DNA from: Candidatus Hodarchaeota archaeon
Lineage (GTDB): Archaea > Asgardarchaeota > Heimdallarchaeia > Hodarchaeales > Hodarchaeaceae
Reading direction: 5' to 3'
DNA: 20,968 nt
Assembly: GCA_029856365.1 (NCBI GenBank)
Contig: JAHQWW010000067.1
Location: forward strand, 1 to 20,968
The notes beneath the pieces were generated by a model, which was not told where the DNA came from, ran no database searches, and saw only the letters and a list, made by a program, of their open reading frames with translations. Positions 16,187-20,968 of this stretch are shown in pieces; the first letter of the stretch is position 1, and every line of letters starts with the position of its first letter. The position numbers and the translations under genes were made by a program.

Positions 16187-16527
16187 CTTATAAGGAAACT
16201 AGATGAGTTATGATTTCATTAAGATATCAAAACTCTTGTTTATATGTATTCTCAATTAGTTAAGCTTCAGGTTCTGAGTGTTGTAATATATCTGGATTAG
16301 GACTTCATATGAAAAAAATTAGAAAAGAATATCCCTCTGAACAACATTTAACTACTAATAACACGACGGACCTTTTCTCATAAAAACTGATCATTAATGG
16401 AATTTGTTTCAAAGCACAGTTTTATAAAAGAGGTCGAGCCTTAAACAACCAAAATCCTATTGTATGTTCTCTGAGTCATGTGAGTGTTTAAGAATTACTA
16501 AATCAATAACTTGTTAAGGAATGAATT

Positions 16528-16794
16528 ATGTCTAACAATGGATTGGTTGAAAGGCTTTATTGCGCAAAATATACAGTCTTTCTTGATGATAGAAAGATGG
16601 ATAATTGTGCATTCATCTCAGCATCTTCTGCAGCTGAAGCATGGGATCTTACGGAAACACTAGCATCATTCTGGAACACAGAAGAGAAAGCTTTGGATAC
16701 AATGTTTAGAATTCATAAAGTATTCAAACAACCGTGTTCTAGAAATCCCATAATGATCTGGACAAAAAAAATTCTTGATAAAATGAGAAAATAG
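16528..16794 (+). CDS. Small hypothetical protein
   Basis: 88-aa ORF, ATG start, upstream AAGGA, normal composition, no overlap with other genes. Confidence 0.6.
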   Translation: MSNNGLVERLYCAKYTVFLDDRKMDNCAFISASSAAEAWDLTETLASFWNTEEKALDTMFRIHKVFKQPCSRNPIMIWTKKILDKMRK

Positions 16795-16827
16795 ATTTAA
16801 TCTGTCCAATTCCTCAAACAATCTGTT

Positions 16828-17400
16828 TCATTTTCCAAGACTTAACTTTTTTCCAAGCTGATAAGCGTTGTCCATTAATTTCTGATTTTGGCTTATTTCA
16901 CCAGCATCCATTGCGCTTCCATGAATAATTTCTGTTATTTCAGCACCAATATATCTGAACGTATCTTTAAATGAATTTATCGCGTGTATAGCTCCAGAAG
17001 AATGTTGATTTGTGTCCCCATAGGTTAGAATTATGCCAATCCTTTTATCTTTCAAAACATGTCTATTAGGTTCAATTAGACCATACAATCGGTCAATAAA
17101 TAATTTTGTTTGTGCACTAATATTAAACCAATATATTGGGCTGGCAATAACAATCGAATCACCAGAACGAAGAGAAACATAAATCTCTTGCATATCGTCA
17201 TCAATAATACAGCCTTTTTTAGGTTGATTGATACATACATTGCACGCATTACAAGGTCTTATATCCATATCTTGAAGAAAAAATTCCTCCACATGTGCAC
17301 CATTATCTTTGGCTCCTTTTACTAAAGATTCTGCTAAAGCACAACTGTTACCCTTCTTCCTTGGACTACCTTTAATAATTACAATCTTTTGTTTACTCAT
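16828..17400 (-). CDS. Iron-sulfur flavoprotein (Isf) / NADPH-dependent FMN reductase family flavodoxin
   Basis: GSPRKKGNS FMN loop, CNACNVC-x7-C cluster motif, IDDDMQ, ASPIYWFNISAQTKLFIDR. ATG at 17400 (MSKQK) is preferred to the TTG at 17415. Confidence 0.92.
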   Translation of the reverse strand: MSKQKIVIIKGSPRKKGNSCALAESLVKGAKDNGAHVEEFFLQDMDIRPCNACNVCINQPKKGCIIDDDMQEIYVSLRSGDSIVIASPIYWFNISAQTKLFIDRLYGLIEPNRHVLKDKRIGIILTYGDTNQHSSGAIHAINSFKDTFRYIGAEITEIIHGSAMDAGEISQNQKLMDNAYQLGKKLSLGK

Positions 17401-17447
17401 GTTTAATTCTCTCAATAATCGGAATCTTTAACTATTTAACAATGAAT

Positions 17448-18116
17448 TCATACTAAGATACGTTTAATCATTGTTATTGCTTCTTCAGGACAGCTGGTGA
17501 CACAAAGACCGCAGCCAAAGCAACGAGCTTGATTGAATGTCATATCTCCTCTTTCATTTAGTGTTCTAGCCATAAAATGGCAATTAGAAGTACATTCTCC
17601 ACAATTGATGCACTTTACTAAATCATGTTGTGAAATATATTCACTTGGTTTTACTAATTCTCCCATGTTCATGAGTAAAAGTCCTTGAAGAGCATGACAG
17701 CAACAAGAACAACAACTACAAATTGCTTGGATATTCTTTTCATCTTCCTCTGGACGATGTAAGGCTAAGTGTACAAGTCCTTTTTGATGAGTTTCTAAAA
17801 CAATCTTTTCTGCTTCATTTTTGGAGATGAATTCAGCTGTACCATTACTCACATTCTTTATTGCGCTTCCATTTAGTGATAAGCATACTTTCAGAGGAAA
17901 ATCACAATTCTGGAGATCTATTCGACAAATACAATTCGTTACTGCAATTTTTTCTGATGATCGAAGAATGGCTAGAACACGATCTAAGTGTAGAGTATTG
18001 TGATGTGTATCAATCTTGATATTGACTGGTATGGTCACAGCTCTCCATCTGTTCTGAAAAGACACTAATTCTTCTTCTGACCACTTAGACTTTGAGTTTC
18101 TTTGCAAGATTTTCAC
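17448..18116 (-). CDS. 4Fe-4S dicluster ferredoxin-domain protein
   Basis: CICR...C...C, GLVH, ICSCCSCCC, then CINCGECTSNC and CFGCGLCVTSCP. Directly upstream of the Isf gene on the same strand, probably an operon. Confidence 0.92.
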   Translation of the reverse strand: MKILQRNSKSKWSEEELVSFQNRWRAVTIPVNIKIDTHHNTLHLDRVLAILRSSEKIAVTNCICRIDLQNCDFPLKVCLSLNGSAIKNVSNGTAEFISKNEAEKIVLETHQKGLVHLALHRPEEDEKNIQAICSCCSCCCHALQGLLLMNMGELVKPSEYISQHDLVKCINCGECTSNCHFMARTLNERGDMTFNQARCFGCGLCVTSCPEEAITMIKRILV

Positions 18117-18513
18117 AAATAATATTTCTAGGATGCCCCTGTATTCATTTGGGGTAGAAAATTCTCCTTAAAAGCATAAAAATGATGGGAGAAACAGAAT
18201 AAAAGTTTTATTATTGTGGTTGAAATAATGAAAGAGATGATCCCTATCAATGTATAGCAAAAGAAGATTTCAGATTAATTCTAATTAATAACCGACCAAA
18301 CACGCGTATCAGATTGTGAATTAGCTTGAAAAAGGCAATATAAAAATCCCAAAAGAATTTTTTCACCACACATCGGAAATTTCTTGGAAAAAATATTAAG
18401 TTATGATATCCTGAAAATTGGAAGATCAATTTAAGACTTGGCAAAGACTCATTTATTGATGTAATCACCCCAATAAAACAAAATATTCTAGTAGCTCTTT
18501 TAAGATAAAAGAG

Positions 18514-19233
18514 TCAATAATCTACTAATTCTAACATTGTTTTTTTGTAGTTCTGCAAGAATTGTAAAAAGTCAGGGTCACCATATAAATTTCTTACCAT
18601 GATAATAGGTAAGAATTTTTCGACAAATTTAACTGCTTGGTCAATTTTTTCATAACCTAGTAGGATATCAATCCCGTCACTTCTCCCAAAACATGGGAAT
18701 TTTTTGAATTTTAGAAGTAAATCATAATCTTCTGATTCTTTTTCATTTAAATTATGTACAACTAAATATTCCCCTTGTGTTCTAGTTTGAATCCCCTTTG
18801 CTATTGGACTGGTAAACCAGATCACCCAACGAGGATGGTGACTTACGATCCACTCAAGTATACGTGCAATTGGCTTTCTAGCATCCATCCTTGGTATTAA
18901 TTGATAATAAGCAATTGATCGTAGAGATCTAACATATCCTTTATAGTCATCAATAATTTCTACTTTCTTAATGACAGTATTTCCTACAGTTATTTCACCC
19001 ATATCCTTTCTTTTCCGAACCAATTTCTCGATAGATTTTTTAATCTTGAATTCGCCCTCCTTGAAACTAACGTCCTTTTGGACTAATTCTTCAATATTTT
19101 GTAAAAAATCTAATGTATTTTGGCTAGGTTCGTTTGTTTTATCAAGTAATTCCCATTCTTCAAACATTTTCTTTGAAGAATTTTCTATAGTTTTTCGTAT
19201 TCCCTTTTTAGTTCCTTCTTTGTCCATTTTCAA
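18514..19233 (-). CDS. Hypothetical protein (start may be ATG at 19227)
   Basis: 239-aa ORF with a charged helical N-terminus and an aromatic-rich globular C-terminus; no recognised motif. Confidence 0.72.
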   Translation of the reverse strand: MKMDKEGTKKGIRKTIENSSKKMFEEWELLDKTNEPSQNTLDFLQNIEELVQKDVSFKEGEFKIKKSIEKLVRKRKDMGEITVGNTVIKKVEIIDDYKGYVRSLRSIAYYQLIPRMDARKPIARILEWIVSHHPRWVIWFTSPIAKGIQTRTQGEYLVVHNLNEKESEDYDLLLKFKKFPCFGRSDGIDILLGYEKIDQAVKFVEKFLPIIMVRNLYGDPDFLQFLQNYKKTMLELVDY

Positions 19234-19421
19234 ACAGCTCTACGGTTCAAAAAAAGTCTCACATCAAATAGGCTTCATTCTTCCTTTTCCCATTTCTTAA
19301 CTAATTATTGTGCTTCTACCAGATACTCCATGATCTCTTCTTGTTTCTGATAGAACCTCTTATGAAGTATTCGATCCCGAATATTTATTAAGCTATTTAA
19401 TGGCTGTTCTTGTGAAAATAA

Positions 19422-19964
19422 ATGAAAATCATTCAAATTTTTGCCAAGGACTTCCCCGAAAATAAGAAAGTGACTTTTACTTACCAATCGGATTATTATT
19501 ATGATGTTCGGGTTATTCAAAAAGAAACTAACAAAGGATGGGTTTTTGACTGGTCATTAAAGGCATTTCCCGCAACATTCACAAAGTTTATTGAAGGAAA
19601 TCTCTTTGAAAAATATAAAGAAAACGCTGAATATTATGTTATTATGAATGATGAAGTAGTAATTGGTCATTTGGTTGCTGGCAAGCAAGAATGGAATAAT
19701 GCTGCCCGAATTTGGGATATTGATGTAGATAAAAGATTTCAACATCAAGGAATTGGTACAAAATTAATAGGGTTCGCAGAAACAAGAGCCAAGGAATGGA
19801 AATGCAGAGCAATGGTTCTCGAATGTCAAAGCTCAAATTATAATGCTATTAAATTTTATATGAAATGTGGTTTTTCATTAACAGGCTTTGATTTAATTAG
19901 TTACAGCAATGAAGACATTCAGAAACATGATATCCGTTTAGAGATGTCTAAATTTCTTAAATAG
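19422..19964 (+). CDS. GNAT family N-acetyltransferase (streptothricin acetyltransferase-like)
   Basis: EWNNAARIWDIDVDKRFQHQGIGTKLI, LECQSSNYNAIKFYMKCGFSLTGFDLISY. Confidence 0.9.
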   Translation: MKIIQIFAKDFPENKKVTFTYQSDYYYDVRVIQKETNKGWVFDWSLKAFPATFTKFIEGNLFEKYKENAEYYVIMNDEVVIGHLVAGKQEWNNAARIWDIDVDKRFQHQGIGTKLIGFAETRAKEWKCRAMVLECQSSNYNAIKFYMKCGFSLTGFDLISYSNEDIQKHDIRLEMSKFLK

Positions 19965-20091
19965 ACTTACAAATCAATTAAATATTTATATCAAAACACC
20001 AAACAAAAAGAGGATCAGACTTTGTTACTATTCACTATTTATTGTTGAGCTAATTGTGCACTTTCTCAGAGGATAGTTTTGGTGAATGTGA

Positions 20092-20793
20092 TTGAATCAA
20101 TTAAATTGGAGACATGTGGCATTTTTATTTACAATCTTTGGCTGCTTCCAATTTGTTCTTCTTTCCTCTCTATCTATGTTCATTTATGGAGGCGGAACAC
20201 GTATTAATCCGAATAGTTCAGGATACACTTTCTTTCTGAATTTTTTTAGTGATCTCGGAAGAACTCAATCGTTTGGTAATCCAAATATAAGTTCAGCCAT
20301 TCTTTTTTTCATAACTCTTATGGTAGCTAGTATTGCATTCGCAGCTTATTTTATAGCAATTCCTGGGGTTATTAATACTGAAAATCCCAGAAAATTGAAG
20401 ACCCTTTCTACTCTAGGAATTTTAGACGCTGCTTTATTTGGTTGTATTGCAATGACCCCTGCTAACCTTTTCCCTTTATTACATAATTTGATAGTTCTTC
20501 TAGCTTTTATTGTCTCATTTGTAGTATCAAGCTCAATGTATTATTTATTTAAAGAAATAGAAGTTATACCAAAATTTTATCATTTGGTATTCTTAGTTTT
20601 TAGTTGTATTATTGTAATGTATGGGGCAGTATCTTTGATTACAACATTCTTTCCTGAAGTTTATGTTTCAGTCTCATTATTCATTCGGGTAGTGATGCAA
20701 AAAATAGTTATCTATTACCTCGTTACATGCTTTTTAGTTCAAAGTCTAGGCGCCCTTAAGAATTTCCCATCAATATTGAGAATAATCGAATGA
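20092..20793 (+). CDS. DUF998-like / Frag1-like membrane protein (~6 TM)
   Basis: YGGGT...GYTFFLNFFSDLGRT...N motif followed by hydrophobic helices, conserved H (LLHN) and MQK; SD GGTGA upstream of TTG. Confidence 0.75.
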   Translation: MNQLNWRHVAFLFTIFGCFQFVLLSSLSMFIYGGGTRINPNSSGYTFFLNFFSDLGRTQSFGNPNISSAILFFITLMVASIAFAAYFIAIPGVINTENPRKLKTLSTLGILDAALFGCIAMTPANLFPLLHNLIVLLAFIVSFVVSSSMYYLFKEIEVIPKFYHLVFLVFSCIIVMYGAVSLITTFFPEVYVSVSLFIRVVMQKIVIYYLVTCFLVQSLGALKNFPSILRIIE

Positions 20794-20802
20794 AGTGATA
20801 AA

Positions 20803-20968
20803 TTGCACATTCATAAATTAGATATTCAAATACTTGTTGAAAATGTTGCCGGACCTAGCGGAACTCTTGGTGAGGGAGGATTCTCTGCTCTGGTAAAAGC
20901 ATATTTTACTGACTCATCTCAATTAATTCTCCTATTTGATACTGGTCCCTCTGCTATTGCTTTTCTTA
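20803..20968 (+). CDS. MBL-fold metallo-hydrolase, 5' part only (runs off the window)
   Basis: From TTG 20803: MHIHKLDIQILVENVAGPSGTLGEGGFSALVKAYFTDSSQLILLFDTGPSAIAFL. IxILVEN...EHG/GFSxLV...ILFDTG is the N-terminal signature of COG1237-type MBL hydrolases. Confidence 0.8.
   Translation, partial: MHIHKLDIQILVENVAGPSGTLGEGGFSALVKAYFTDSSQLILLFDTGPSAIAFL

Noticed and set aside
18190-18470. 73-aa minus-strand ORF 18247..18468 and stop-riddled plus-strand frames
   Set aside because: No recognisable motif; may be gene debris but I cannot support a call.
15723-19836. Short ORFs at 15723, 17110, 17821, 18971, 19305, 19557 and 19642
   Set aside because: Antisense overlaps of well-supported genes, with no independent coding signal.
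20791-20805. In-frame TGA between the DUF998-like and MBL genes (selenocysteine or read-through fusion?)
   Set aside because: The downstream gene has its own TTG start with an SD-like GAAGTGA, both families occur as separate proteins, and the TGA is not in a redox motif.
1-20968. tRNA, rRNA or CRISPR array
   Set aside because: No GC-rich cloverleaf/T-loop signature and no regularly spaced direct repeats seen by eye; tRNAscan-SE and Infernal would be needed to exclude them fully.

Overview
AT-rich, gene-dense archaeal chromosomal window. A longin/roadblock-like protein, a eukaryote-style LRR protein, several zinc-ribbon scaffolds, DxDGDGMPD cell-surface repeats, frequent TTG/GTG starts and GGAG/GGTGA-type SD motifs suggest an Asgard archaeon, perhaps Heimdallarchaeia/Hodarchaeales (inference, not proven). 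The ORF track misses the largest gene, a >=849-aa minus-strand ORF (2549..<1) that runs off the window. It fuses a family-5 (OppA/DppA-like) solute-binding domain, acidic Ca-binding-type repeats, one TM helix and a cytoplasmic TPR, a receptor-like layout rather than a normal ABC binding protein. It lies next to a membrane-anchored 7-repeat beta-propeller and an orphan ~7-TM protein. A second highlight is a 571-aa HTH/coiled-coil/polyproline/double zinc-ribbon protein with four nested TATGAAC half-sites 70-107 bp upstream, including a perfect 18-bp palindrome. The rest comprises three GNATs, VOC, HD, Isf-type flavoprotein plus 4Fe-4S protein, a DUF998-like protein, a truncated MBL-fold gene and several decayed ORF remnants. 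I saw no rRNA, tRNA, CRISPR array or recognisable transposase.
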